Positions 53,155 through 64,000 of a DNA stretch of 64,000 nt are shown one piece after another; position 1 is the stretch's first letter; every line of letters starts with the position of its first letter. The position numbers and the translations under genes are program-made. The stretch is taken from assembly GCA_964016885.1 (NCBI GenBank), contig OZ024743.1, positions 305,164,001 to 305,228,000 on the forward strand, given 5' to 3'. The notes under the pieces were generated by a model, which was not told the origin of the DNA, ran no database searches, and saw only the letters and a list, made by a program, of their open reading frames with translations. The stretch comes from Eledone cirrhosa. Lineage: Eukaryota.

Positions 53155-53262
53155 AACTTACACTACAGTTTGTTATGACCCTTAATATAACTTACATTAC
53201 AGTTTGTTATGACCGTTAATATAATTTACATTTCAATTTGTTATGACCCTTAATATAACTTA
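53155..53262 (-). repeat. Three inverted copies of the 34-bp minisatellite
   Basis: aacttacactacagtttgttatgacccttaatat is the reverse complement of the 53735-54297 unit. Confidence 0.9.
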
Positions 53263-53734
53263 AACTAAATACTATTGAAAAAATGAAACTAAAACATTAC
53301 ATATTATGTGAGATATATTTTGAATTACAAAAGAATTATTATTAGTAAAGAAGACTAATTAAAGATCTCACAATTATGAAGAATATGGAACATTAATATA
53401 TCCAATATTTCAGGTTTAGTAAGTTCTAATTGTAAAGTAATTTTTTTTTAATGAAATGTTAAATGTAAACTATTCCAACACTATTGTGATATATACATAA
53501 GTATAAAAACTCTTGGGTGAGCTTGACAGCAGAAGGTCTTCAGTGAAGAAGCCCTCCCTCCTCTTACAAGTTCAATACTATAGTGATATGTACATAAATA
53601 TACAACATCATAAGAAGATGGGAATGGTATGACAGTCATATAATCCCATAAATTGTTGAAACAATCCTAACGCAGATTTAATGGTTAGGTTGAGGTAAAT
53701 TCCTTTCTTTAACGTGCCAGTTTATGCTAGTAAT

Positions 53735-54297
53735 ATTAAGGGTCATAACAAACTGTAATGTAAGTTATATTAAGGGTCATAACAAACTGTAATGTAAGTT
53801 ATATTAAGGGTCATAACAAACTGTAATGTAAGTTATATTAAGGGTCATAACAAACTGTAATGTAAGTTATATTAAGGGTCATAACAAACTGTAGTGTAAG
53901 TTATATTAAGGGTCATAACAAACTGTAGTGTAAGTTATATTAAGCGTCATAACAAACTGTAATGTAAGTTATATTAAGGGTCATAACAAACTGTAATGTA
54001 AGTTATATTAAGGGTCATAGCAAACTGTAATGTAAGTTATATTAAGGGTCATAAGAAACTGTAATGTAAGTTATATTAAGGGTCATAACAAACTGTAGTG
54101 TAAGTTATATTAAGGGTCATAAGAAACTGTAATGTAAGTTATACTAAGGGTCGTAGCAAACTGTTATGTAAGTTATATTACGGGTCATAGCAAACTGTAA
54201 TGTAAGTTATATTAAGGGTCATAACAAACTGTAGTGTAAGTTATATTAAGGGTCATAAGAAACTGTAGTGTAAGTTATATTAAGGGTCATAACAAAC
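53735..54297 (+). repeat. 34-bp minisatellite, ~16.5 copies
   Basis: tattaagggtcataacaaactgtaatgtaagtta. Confidence 0.95.
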
Positions 54298-55445
54298 TTC
54301 TTTATTGGTGATGAAGTTTAGTAAGTATTTAGTAACTAATATAAAAGGTTATGTATAAGTATGTAATATTAGACTGAATACATTGCTATGAGTGTGGCAA
54401 ATTCTCAGTGATTAGATCATCAGTTAGAATGCTTTGTAGCATTCATTCCAGGTATCTCATTTTAAATCCCACTGAGGGCAACTTTTGAGGTTGATAAAAA
54501 AATACCAGTCCAGTACTAGATTCAATTCTTTTCTCTCTCTCTACCTTTTCTGGAAGTAATTGGTTATGCTCAGACCTGGGGAAAGGATGCACTCACCACA
54601 TTTAAAATGCTCAAAACATGTCTTATGTCATTACAGCACCCTATGACTCCAGCAGGAATTACAGATCCATACATACAAAACATATTCTTATGAAAGCTTT
54701 TTCTAGCCCATTTGAGATTTAAATTATCTAATGATAGTATCCAATTCATGGGCTCTGGCTGAAATTGCTTTTAATTTATACATTTCTTATTCTATTGCAA
54801 CACTCTGCTAGTTCATATTTATACCAATATGTTGCAAACACAAAGAATAATAGCTGGAAGCTCATATTATTTATCTCTTCATAATAACATGTATAAAATG
54901 GATTATATTATGAATTAAATAAGCTGTTATATTGTTCTAGGTTGTGATATCTTAGGAATCAAACATCAGTACGCCAAACCTCATTTGAGTGGGGTAGAAC
55001 TCATCAGATCAGACCATGTAAAAAAAATGTTCATTGGTCTTTCCGATTGCTAATAATATCTACCGATTGCATCTCCTGGTAGAAAGAGCAACGTGAAATA
55101 AATTGTCTTGCTGAAGGACATAACATATCATCCGACCTAATTCCCTAACCACTAAGCCACATGCCTTCATTACATTATTTGACTATTGTATGATTATAAC
55201 TTCAAATCTTAATTCAACCATTATGTTATACCTCTGTCCATGTCATATAGCCCAGTTTTCCAAACCCCCAACAGATTCTACAGTTTTCATAATTAAGTGG
55301 TTAGCATTTTATAGGGAATCTAGTTTTGTAAAAATTATTGCTGCAACAAACTATCATACCAAAGTAGTCACATAAAAATGAATAGAAAATATCTGCAAAA
55401 GAAAAATATAAATTAAAAAGAAAGTGTGAATATCATGATACTTAC

Positions 55446-55790
55446 ATTTACATGTTTCATTACTGATGGCAATGTCATCCAGATATGCAAATGCTTTATT
55501 GTATGATCTTACATCTGATGTCACCTGAAAGATCAGATTCATATTCTTTGAAAATGGAAAATCTATACAAGCAGTGGTGAATTCTATAGTATCATTGTGA
55601 TTTGAGGACCAAATTTTGTTCTTTGGAGAAATGTTATAACTAAATACAGCAAACTCTTTCATATATCCTTTTAATTGGTATTTGAAGGTGATACTTGAAT
55701 TTTGTTTCACAAATGCTTGAGGGGATATCAATTGAAATTTCATATCTTCAGTATATGTTCTTGAATAAATATATAAGTAAAACTGAGAAT
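55446..55790 (-). CDS. MAM/LDLa protein exon, body of MAM domain 1
   Basis: gattttacag acceptor, gtaagt donor, 345 nt, phase 1-1. Encodes SQFYLYIYSR...FQLISP...ITFKY...IWS...LIFQV...AYLDDIAISNETCK, with MAM hallmarks LxSP, FxY and a DD(I)xxxxxxC end. Confidence 0.85.
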
Positions 55791-55895
55791 CTGTAAAATC
55801 AAGAAAATCAAGAAAATATATTACTGTTGATATATGAAAGATGAGAATACAATTAAAAATTAAACTAATCATATTCAGAATTACAAGAAACTTAC

Positions 55896-55925
55896 AGATC
55901 CAGTGCTCATTTTCAGCTTCATATC
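55896..55925 (-). CDS. MAM/LDLa protein, candidate 30-nt micro-exon (GYEAENEHWI), N-terminal part of MAM domain 1
   Basis: Acceptor tttcatctttttag, donor gtaagt, phase 1-1. Splices in frame across a 105-nt intron to the next exon, giving GYEAENEHWIYSQFYLYIY, which matches the (C)xY...W...Y[LM] pattern of the other MAM repeats here. Confidence 0.5.
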
Positions 55926-55989
55926 CTAAAAAGATGAAACTGAACAGTTAAAACATTTAGTTTGGTACTCTGCTAGATTTTCTTTCCAC

Positions 55990-56387
55990 TAACAATTGTT
56001 TATACTTTTGGTACAAGGCCAGTAATTACCCCAGTGCATTACTGGTACTTTATTTTATTGACCCTGTAAGGATGAAAGGCAAAGCTAACTTCGGCGAGAT
56101 TTGAATGCAGACCATAAAGGGCCGTAACTCTATTCTGTAAAGCATGGCATCCAACCCTCTACCGATACAGCCTATCCACCACCCTTTCCACTAATAATTG
56201 TTTCTACTTTTGGTACAAGGCCAGCAATTACCCAGTGCATTACTGGTACTTTATTTTATCGACCCCATAAGGATAAAAAGCAAAGTTAACCTCAGCGGGA
56301 TTTGAACTCAGTATGGCTAGGGACGTAACTCTATACATCAAAGCATGGCGCCCAACCCTCTACCGATACTGCCAATCCACCACCCCT
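55990..56387 (-). mobile_element. Head-to-tail dimer of SINE family A
   Basis: Two consecutive ~200-bp copies, each starting cctttccactaa(c/t)aattgttt. Confidence 0.8.
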
Positions 56388-56689
56388 TCAATAGTAATGA
56401 CAGTTCATTTTTTGGAGACAAAGCAGGGTATCAGAATTACCAATAGGTTCTTCCAAAATTGGAGCAAAATAAACATTATGAAGGCAGATATAATTCAAAA
56501 AGTATATACATGAAATAACATACATATGAGATTAAGGTTGTGAAGTGATGACTACAACAAAGTCATGAATTTGTTACCTCTTGTGGGATAGAGTAACTGA
56601 TTGGTGAGTGAATTCTTAGATAGTTAAAGGATATCATGTTATGTGCTTAGTAGTAGTTAATTTTATTGGAATGTTGCTGAAGATTTTGC

Positions 56690-57260
56690 TATATCAGTGT
56701 TGAGAGGGAAAATACTTCTCTACAAGAACCAAGAATCTCTTACCTGTTAGTCTTCATGTTTAACAAGAAAGGAAATACAAACCAGATGAGTTTTCTGGGA
56801 CTGTTCCTGCATATTTGGGGTCAGGGCAGGAGGTGGTGTATTGAATCTTGTCTTTAAAACCACTATCTAATAGAGCTTTATTGTAGTATGGTGCCACCTT
56901 CCCAAATATGACTTTAGAGGAAGATAGATTAACAAAACTTGGTCTAATATTGGAAATAAGATTCTAAAAGATTAATAGGGAGGCAGGACTTTTTATTTAT
57001 ACATTTAAGTTTTCCATTTGTTTTGTAGAAATCTTGGAAGTACAGGTTATTAAGTAAAATGTAGCATTTAGGAAGCCTGCTTTGGTTACGTTAGTTTCTA
57101 CTGTTATCTTAAGACCTTGGTAAGGAAAGAAGATATTAGCTTTTTTATAGAGGAGTCTAATGTGTAGCTATTAACATGTAGGAAGAAAGCCAAACCAACA
57201 ATCAAATAGAGACCAACATTTTGGATAGAAAACTTAGTCATTTCTGACTATATATGTTAG
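56690..57260 (-). mobile_element. Decayed PLE RT/thumb fragment
   Basis: FLNATF, NLSSSKVIFGKVAPYYNKAL.DSGF, similar to the intact PLE ORF. Confidence 0.65.
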
Positions 57261-57374
57261 CCAGTCCAACACTTTTATGACCACACTAAGATATCAAATA
57301 ACTCTTCTACTTCAGCTGCTAAGAAAAGATGGGTTATTGTAAAAATACATAATTAGATATATATCATGATTAAT

Positions 57375-57500
57375 AATTATTTCTACTTTTAGCACAAGGC
57401 CAGCATTACCCAGTACATTACTGGTACTTTATTTTATTAACCCCGTAAGGATGAAAGGCAAAGTTAACCTCGGCAGGATTTGAACTCAGATTGTAAAGGG
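57375..57500 (-). mobile_element. SINE family A, partial
   Basis: Same core motif as the other copies. Confidence 0.7.
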
Positions 57501-57659
57501 ACGATGACAAGCCTGTGTAAAATATAAAGCCTGAATGTAGTCTTCATCATAGGAGGTAAAAGTCTACAATGTCAAGCTGGATGGACCTAGTTCTAGCTTT
57601 ACAGAGAATAACTCTACAGCAGGATAGGACATTATTATAATGCAATATTCTTCCTAATC

Positions 57660-58560
57660 TATGTATATTGTGCTTTCAACACTCCTGTATCGGTGTGAAA
57701 TATGGAGTGTGAAGACCAGCCAAGAGAACCAATTACATGTTTTTGACACCAAAGTCCTATGCAAAATCATTGGCATCAGGTGCCTGACTTCATCACCAAT
57801 AAATAAGTACACTAAAAATGTTTCTCTAACACCATGTGCAATCATTGACTTGGCTTGTTGGGACAGGTTACATGACTCCCAAGTGAGAGACATGCTAATC
57901 AGGTCCTATATTAGTATGGAAAGTAGCAAAGTGGATGTCCAAAGATGAATTGGTGGCAGATAATCTATATATGTATTTGTTTCCCAAGATGCCTGAACCA
58001 TACGTTGAAACTAATACAACTTCATTTAGGATCGTTTTGACACTCATAACACAGGCAGGGGTTATAATGTATTATTTTCATGAACAGGATTAACATGCAC
58101 AACTGTGTTGGAAGTGGTATCACAACTGGCAGGTGTAAAATCAGTCAGCTGGAATTTGCAGATGACATGGTGTTACTTAACTCGAGAGATGGTGATCTCC
58201 AACTGGCAGTTGATAGGTTTGATGCTGAGTGCTGGGTGGCTGGAATGAAAATCAGTGCTGCAAAATTGAGACACTCATCCTCTCAAGGAAGCCTGCACAG
58301 TGCACTCTACATGTGAATGAAGTTTCACTGAAGCAGGTGGAGAAGTTCAAGTATCTCGGCGACTATGTTTACGAGTGATAGAAGGCAGCAGGCTGAATTA
58401 AATGCAAGAATTGTGGGAGCTGGTGCAGTAATGCCCCAGCTTTAGCATCTGGTCATTATAAGAAGGGAGGTAGGTACAAAAGCCAAACTTGCTATCTTCA
58501 ATTCGGTATTTGTGCCAATCATTACCTATGGTCATGAATCTTTGGTAATGACTGAAAGAG
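57660..58560 (+). mobile_element. Decayed RTE-like LINE fragments
   Basis: LLYRCEIW, QLEFADDMVLL, GMKIS, LKQVEKFKYLG, ITYGHESL. Confidence 0.75.
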
Positions 58561-59100
58561 TAATTTTCTTGTGCGCTCTGGTGTGGTTTGTACCATTTAA
58601 TCGTTGGTCCCTACTTATTTGTGTTTGTGTGCTAGACATCTATTCATAGGTAGGAGGGTATAGCTTTACCTCCTTGGTTGTGGTATGTGCCTTCATCTGA
58701 CCTGGCTAATGGTGGTAATTACCTCAGAGGTGGGGAGGAGGATGTTCTTTTCAATATGTGTTATTGATGGCTTGTGTCGATTGTGTAACATTGCATTGTC
58801 AGTCTGGTCATCATAGGTGATCTTATCTTCGTATTCCGCCCTTTCCGGTGCGGGGTTGTAATACTCCGCTTGCTGTTGAAGATGGACCTATTAGCTGACA
58901 GGGTGGACCCTCTGTTAGATATATTCTGAACTATTGAGTTAACAATAGAGTTAATAATGGCATTTGGGTGGTTGGAGTGTCTATTTACATATTCGAGTTT
59001 ACATTGGGTTTGTGGTATGGATGGTACAAACTGGTGTCTAGTTCCAGTGTTACTTCTAATTTACCTAAATGTTTATACCACCACATATTCTTGTAAGCTC
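58560..59100 (-). mobile_element. Decayed PLE fragment
   Basis: HSNHPNAIINSIVNS..SANRS...AEYYNPA...AEYEDKI matches the PLE SNHP region. Confidence 0.65.
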
Positions 59101-60119
59101 TTTCTCTAGGTGTATGTACTAGTACATATATACTTGCATGTGTATATCGGTAGGTACACTATGTATCTACGTGTATCCAGTAGCATGCTAATGTGTGTGT
59201 ATGTATGAATGTGTATCTGTGCTAGTGAGTACATATATATGTGACTATATGTATATGCATATATATAGAAATGTGTACATAGATACACATGTGTGTATAT
59301 CTTTAACTATGTATATTTGTATATGCGTATGTGTGTGTGTGTATGTGTATATATGTTAGTCCATATAGTTAGTGTAGCAACTAATTCATTTATTTATTCA
59401 TCTATTTATGAATAAAATTCCTCTCACTCACTGGCCATGGTTATTCTTTACTCCTATAAATTCTAGATACCACAAACCCACTTAATATATATTTTTTACA
59501 TACTAACCATGCCACTGAACATACAAGACCCCCTCCCCTTGTATTTTCATCCTCCCTTCTTGCTCATTATATTCTTATTTTCAACTTATTTCTAATTTAG
59601 TTTTATTTATTTCTCTGTACCAAATATCTGACCCCACCCCCACCCCACTCTGGTCCATCATCGTATCCTTTCATCTCCCATCACGTATCATGCCTAATCA
59701 TCTCTACAATCTCACCCAGCACCCTCACTTCACCACATAAATGCCATAATGTCTATGAAACATCCAAAACACCACACGTTCACAACTGCCACCAAGCAAT
59801 GCTCCCTCTCCCCATCTCTCTCTTACCATCTCTTCATTATAATTCTCCTCCTCACCTATCCCATAATGTGAATCGTTATATATTATTTCAAAGCCCTAAG
59901 AGGTTCATTCTATCATTACCACAACAGAAGTCTGATGAGCTTTTGATTCCTGAGTTGGGCTAGATTGATACAGATCAAAGCTTGAGCTGATCAATAGCGA
60001 AATGTGTGTCACTTCTCAATAAATGTAATGAAGACATTTTGGAAGGGAGATGTCCAGACACATGGGAATGTGGGTCTTCTGTTTTATTGCATAACGACAA
60101 ATATCTCAATCCTGTGTCA

Positions 60120-60805
60120 TTGACTTTCAGAGGTGCAATTGCACAAGGTCAGCTTTTATCACTTTGTCCTAGGTCTTCCTGTATCTTCCTACTCCATAGC
60201 TTCCCTCAATTTTGATCGCCCTGCACCTTTTTATACAGCTGTCTCATATGTATCACATGACCATACCAGTGTAATCTCCTCTCTAGTATACTTCATCTGA
60301 TCCTTCTTATACATAACTTCTCTCTCAGTTCATTTACGATTTGTCATTTTTGTATATTAACATCCACCAAAGTGTGCTTCCTTACTTTCCAATCTTTGCA
60401 GGTCCTCTGCACATGGTGCCCAGATCTCACTACTATGTAACATTGCTGATCATATTCATGCATTGTACAATCTGCCCTTCATTTTAAGGAAAAACCTATT
60501 TTTAGCTAACAGTAGTATTAGCACTCTGAGTTTTCTCCATCCCATTCTTACTCTGGCTACTGTACTTTCAGAATACCCTCCTCCACTGCTGATTTCATCA
60601 CCCAGGTAACGGAAAACGTCAACTATTTTTATAGAACCATCAGGGCATTCAAAGGAGCTAGTAACCTGTGGGTACTTGTTATTTACTGCACTTGAGCATC
60701 AGCCACATATAAAAACTCTATATTTTGATAGCTTTAATGTGATCCCACTACTTTTAAGTACCCAAAGCTTGCATTTGGGACATGGAATTGAATTTCTACT
60801 TCTTT
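60120..60805 (-). mobile_element. Decayed RTE-type LINE fragment
   Basis: VFRYLGDEISSGGGYSESTVARVRMGWRK, KGRLYNA, LHSSEIWA, RLHWYGHV. Confidence 0.75.
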
Positions 60806-61782
60806 CCTGTCAGCGGCCTGATTGAGTGACATGTGACCGCTGACGCCCATCTTAGGGCCAAACAACGCACCATCTTCACATTACAGACCCCCCACCCCCC
60901 TCGGTTTGAACACCCCTCTCTTCCTTTAGCCTTCGACCGTTCCCCCCCCCCACACTAACACCACTAAAACACTCCCAACATTAACAGTCCCCCTCCACTT
61001 CCTGCCACCTCCACACCCACATCGGTCTACCCCATCACTAATAATACTAACACCGCCTACGACACACGCACCCACACGCAACACGCACACACCACTATAT
61101 ATATACACTCACTCACACATATGTACACACCCTACTACCACCACTAACCTCCACCCACACATCCACATTCAACCACCTCACCACTAATAATACTACCCCC
61201 CCCCTCCTTACAACACACACACACACAAAAGAAAACCATTTAGGAACATAAACACACACAAACGCACCATTTTCACACACACAACTATACATTCCCACGT
61301 ATCCACACCACACAAAAACACACACACACACGCGTTTGTATTCTCACATACACCCACTCTGCCTCTGGATTCCGCACGCTCTCCCCCACCCCACCCAACC
61401 CCTCTCCATCCACATGCACACGCACACACACATAGACTTACACTCCACCCCAAGGTACATGTTGGTTTTCCAAAACCCCAGCATACAGCCCCGCTCTCCC
61501 CCAGACTCTCATACATACATCCACACATACACACACACACACCTCATCTTCCGCCCTCCCCGCTCGGACCCCTTTTTTCCGTCCACCCTCACTATCCCTC
61601 TCCCCTCCCCCTCTATCCACCTCCACATGCATTACCACCTCTACACGCCTCACATCTTTTCACAACTTTTTTTTTACTTTTATTTTCCCACTCATGTTTT
61701 ATTTCTATTTTTATTATTTTTTCCAACTAACCCCCCCCCCCCCACACACACACACTCAGAGTTCCTCCTTCTCACCACTCTT

Positions 61783-61810
61783 CTGATGAAGAGCTTATGC
61801 CCGAAACGTC
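61783..61810 (+). ncRNA. Minimal PLE-type hammerhead core in a solo pLTR (stem I not pairing)
   Basis: CTGATGA agagc-ttat-gccc GAAAC GTC. Confidence 0.55.
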
Positions 61811-62288
61811 GCACCCACACCCCCACTCTCAATAAGCGTGAACTTAATACCTTTTGTAACTTGTACTCCTGCGTTATTCCTTTTTACTTTCCCATATATA
61901 TATGTTGCAGCTATTGTTGCATATTCCACCACCCTCACCAGTAATTGATTTGACAGGTATCAATAACCCATTGATACCAAAATTCTTTGGCCAGAGCCTG
62001 ACAATTATCAGTCACTCATAAAACCCAATTGTATACTTAGAATTAATGAACTCTGTAATGTGTTGGCGTTCATGTGTATGTGTCTGTGTGTGGGTACTTG
62101 AGTGTGAACATGAACCTTGAATTTTATCTATCATTGTATTTTTGTATATATAACTCAAAATGTTTTTTTCAAAGAATCCCTGTTCTTTAAAATCCCGTGG
62201 CCAATAACCTCCTCCCATCCTATTACAGCAGTGGAGCACTCCTCGACCTATATCACACCTCTAATATGACACCAACCGATATGTTTAT

Positions 62289-62319
<31 letters not shown>

Positions 62320-62320
62320 T

Positions 62321-62362
<42 letters not shown>

Positions 62363-62420
62363 ATATATATATTATTCAAATATTAATAAATGAATACGTT
62401 CACATAATCAAAATATATGT

Positions 62421-62480
62421 TTTATTATATATATTTCGGAGGTACTGTGCTGTTTTTTCAGTACGTCCTCATCAGATAAA
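62421..62480 (-). ncRNA. Type I hammerhead ribozyme next to a (TA)n tract
   Basis: Minus strand ttttat CTGATGA ggacgtactg-aaaaaacagca-cagtacctcc GAAA tatata TA ataaaa: stem I, stem II and palindromic AT stem III, AUA triplet. Confidence 0.75.
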
Positions 62481-62584
62481 ATATATGAATTGATGTATGA
62501 CATACCTCAACTGTCTTCATGGTTCAATTCCAGTATTGGCAGTGATTTATTACAACAAATCTCAATATTTGTATACACAAATAA

Positions 62585-62795
62585 TGATTTCTAGTATAGG
62601 CACAAGGGGGGAAATTTGGGGGAAAGTCAATTAAATCGACCCCAGTGCGTGACTGGTACTTTATTTTATCGACCCCGTAAGGATGAAAGACAAAGTTAAC
62701 CTCGGCGAGATTTGAACTCTGAACGTAAAGGGCCGTAACTCTATGCTGCAAAGCAGAGTGTCCGACGCTCTACCGATGCTGCCAATCTCCCACCC
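62585..62795 (-). mobile_element. SINE family A copy
   Basis: Full core and tRNA-like head. Confidence 0.75.
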
Positions 62796-62814
62796 TACTA
62801 TATACACAAATAAT

Positions 62815-63945
62815 AATGTTTGTGCTAATTATACTAATGTATTATATCAAAATTAAACAATATAAAAATATTTTACTATAATAATTAGAAGCATAATTCA
62901 ATTAAAAAATATATTCAATATTTTGTTATAAATTCAAAAATCAAAAACGTTTTTGCCTATCAAGCAAGTTTACAAACATAATAAATATGTATAAGGATAT
63001 TTACCACAACATATTCGCATATCACCATCAGTATATGCATTTTATATAATGTTTAGAATTATTATCAGAATTATAAACAATTGTCATTTACTTATAGGAT
63101 TAATAAGTAGTTTTACTTATAGGATTAATAAGTAGTTTTACTTATAGGATTAATAAGTAGTTATATTTACTCTTGAAAGTATTATTATTTCGATTTTAAT
63201 TTCGTAACTATATCATAATATATGTAGTTTCCCTATAAGGATTAATATCATGTTAAATATACATTATTAATCCATTTGGATAGAAAGAAAATAATATACG
63301 AAGAATGTAAACAAAGGGAGGTAATCCATAAGTTGTCAGTTATATTATCTAAGTGCTTTGAAAGCCAGAAGATATTTTGAACCGCAAGTTCAGAAAATTC
63401 TAGATACACAATGACCATTCAAAAAACCGAACTTAGGATAGCGAGTCACAACATGAGATTAATTTACTATATAAAAAAAACCGATATACAATTTTAAGGT
63501 AAGGCAAAACATTATATATATAATAACAATAATTCAAGAATTATTAATAATAATAGTCAATATTTTTTCCCCCCTTAGTCAGTATTTTTTTTCTAAATTT
63601 GTATGATGCTTGAAATGTTTTTCTAGATTTATGGAGACAAATTGCAAATAATTCATTTTTTTGTTGTTAATTAAATTACCATAATTGGTAATTATTAATA
63701 GAGTTTCTAAATTGCAAATATTGCAATTTGGTGAAATGGAAGCGTTTCGATACGACTCAGAATTTATATATATACATATTTATCATGTTTGTAAACTTGC
63801 TTGATAGGTAAAAACGTTTTTTGAATTTTATAACAAAATACTGAATATATTTATTAATTGAATTATGCTTCTGATTATTATAGAAAATATTTTTATATTG
63901 TTTAATTTTGATATAATACATTAGTATAATTAGCTCAAATATAAC
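62815..63945. mobile_element. Element with diverged ~180-bp inverted repeats (62815-62993 vs 63771-63945); probable old PLE-type tail-to-tail insertion
   Basis: gctaattatactaatgtattatatcaaaattaaac...caagcaagtttacaaac is mirrored; internal 25-bp x3 tandem at ~63088-63165; decayed CTGATG..GAA motif near 63010-63035 (-). Confidence 0.55.
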
Positions 63946-64000
63946 CAAATACAGAAGATATTAAAAGTTTCACGGAATTTAATTGGTCGCTTTCTTCTTT

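Noticed and set aside
60880-61760. His/Thr/Pro-rich ORFs
   Set aside because: C/A-rich low-complexity sequence leading into a PLE-type pLTR, probably a retroelement 3' UTR.
63005-63020. Possible first coding exon (MRICC-G|gtaaat) that would splice in frame to the 55896 micro-exon
   Set aside because: No signal peptide, an in-frame stop just upstream, no clear acceptor, and it lies inside an inverted-repeat element overlapping a decayed HHR-like motif.

Overview
AT-rich, microsatellite-dense animal genomic DNA. The repeat content suggests a cephalopod such as Octopus (inference only). One host gene runs on the minus strand across most of the window: a MAM/LDL-receptor class A repeat protein (MALRD1-like). 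I could assemble 11 exons by hand between 55925 and 3930, with GT-AG boundaries and consistent phases, giving MAM-MAM-MAM-LDLa-MAM-LDLa; both ends of the gene are not identified. The introns are filled with retroelements: RTE-type LINEs, R4/Dong-like RLE elements, a mariner remnant, tRNA-derived SINEs, minisatellites, and many Penelope-like elements (PLEs) inserted into (TA)n tracts. The most striking content is a hammerhead-ribozyme (HHR) retroelement system. (1) A near-intact Naiad-like PLE (RT + GIY-YIG, one frameshift) is flanked by ~3.7 kb inverted repeats carrying an HHR with a long stem II. (2) Two unrelated, non-coding arrays of apparently identical units (310 bp and 588 bp) each have one inverted arm and one type I HHR per unit, resembling retrozymes copied from circular or multimeric RNA. 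(3) The 588-bp unit carries a variant catalytic core (U3-A8 instead of C3-G8). Coordinates were counted by eye and may be off by a few bases.
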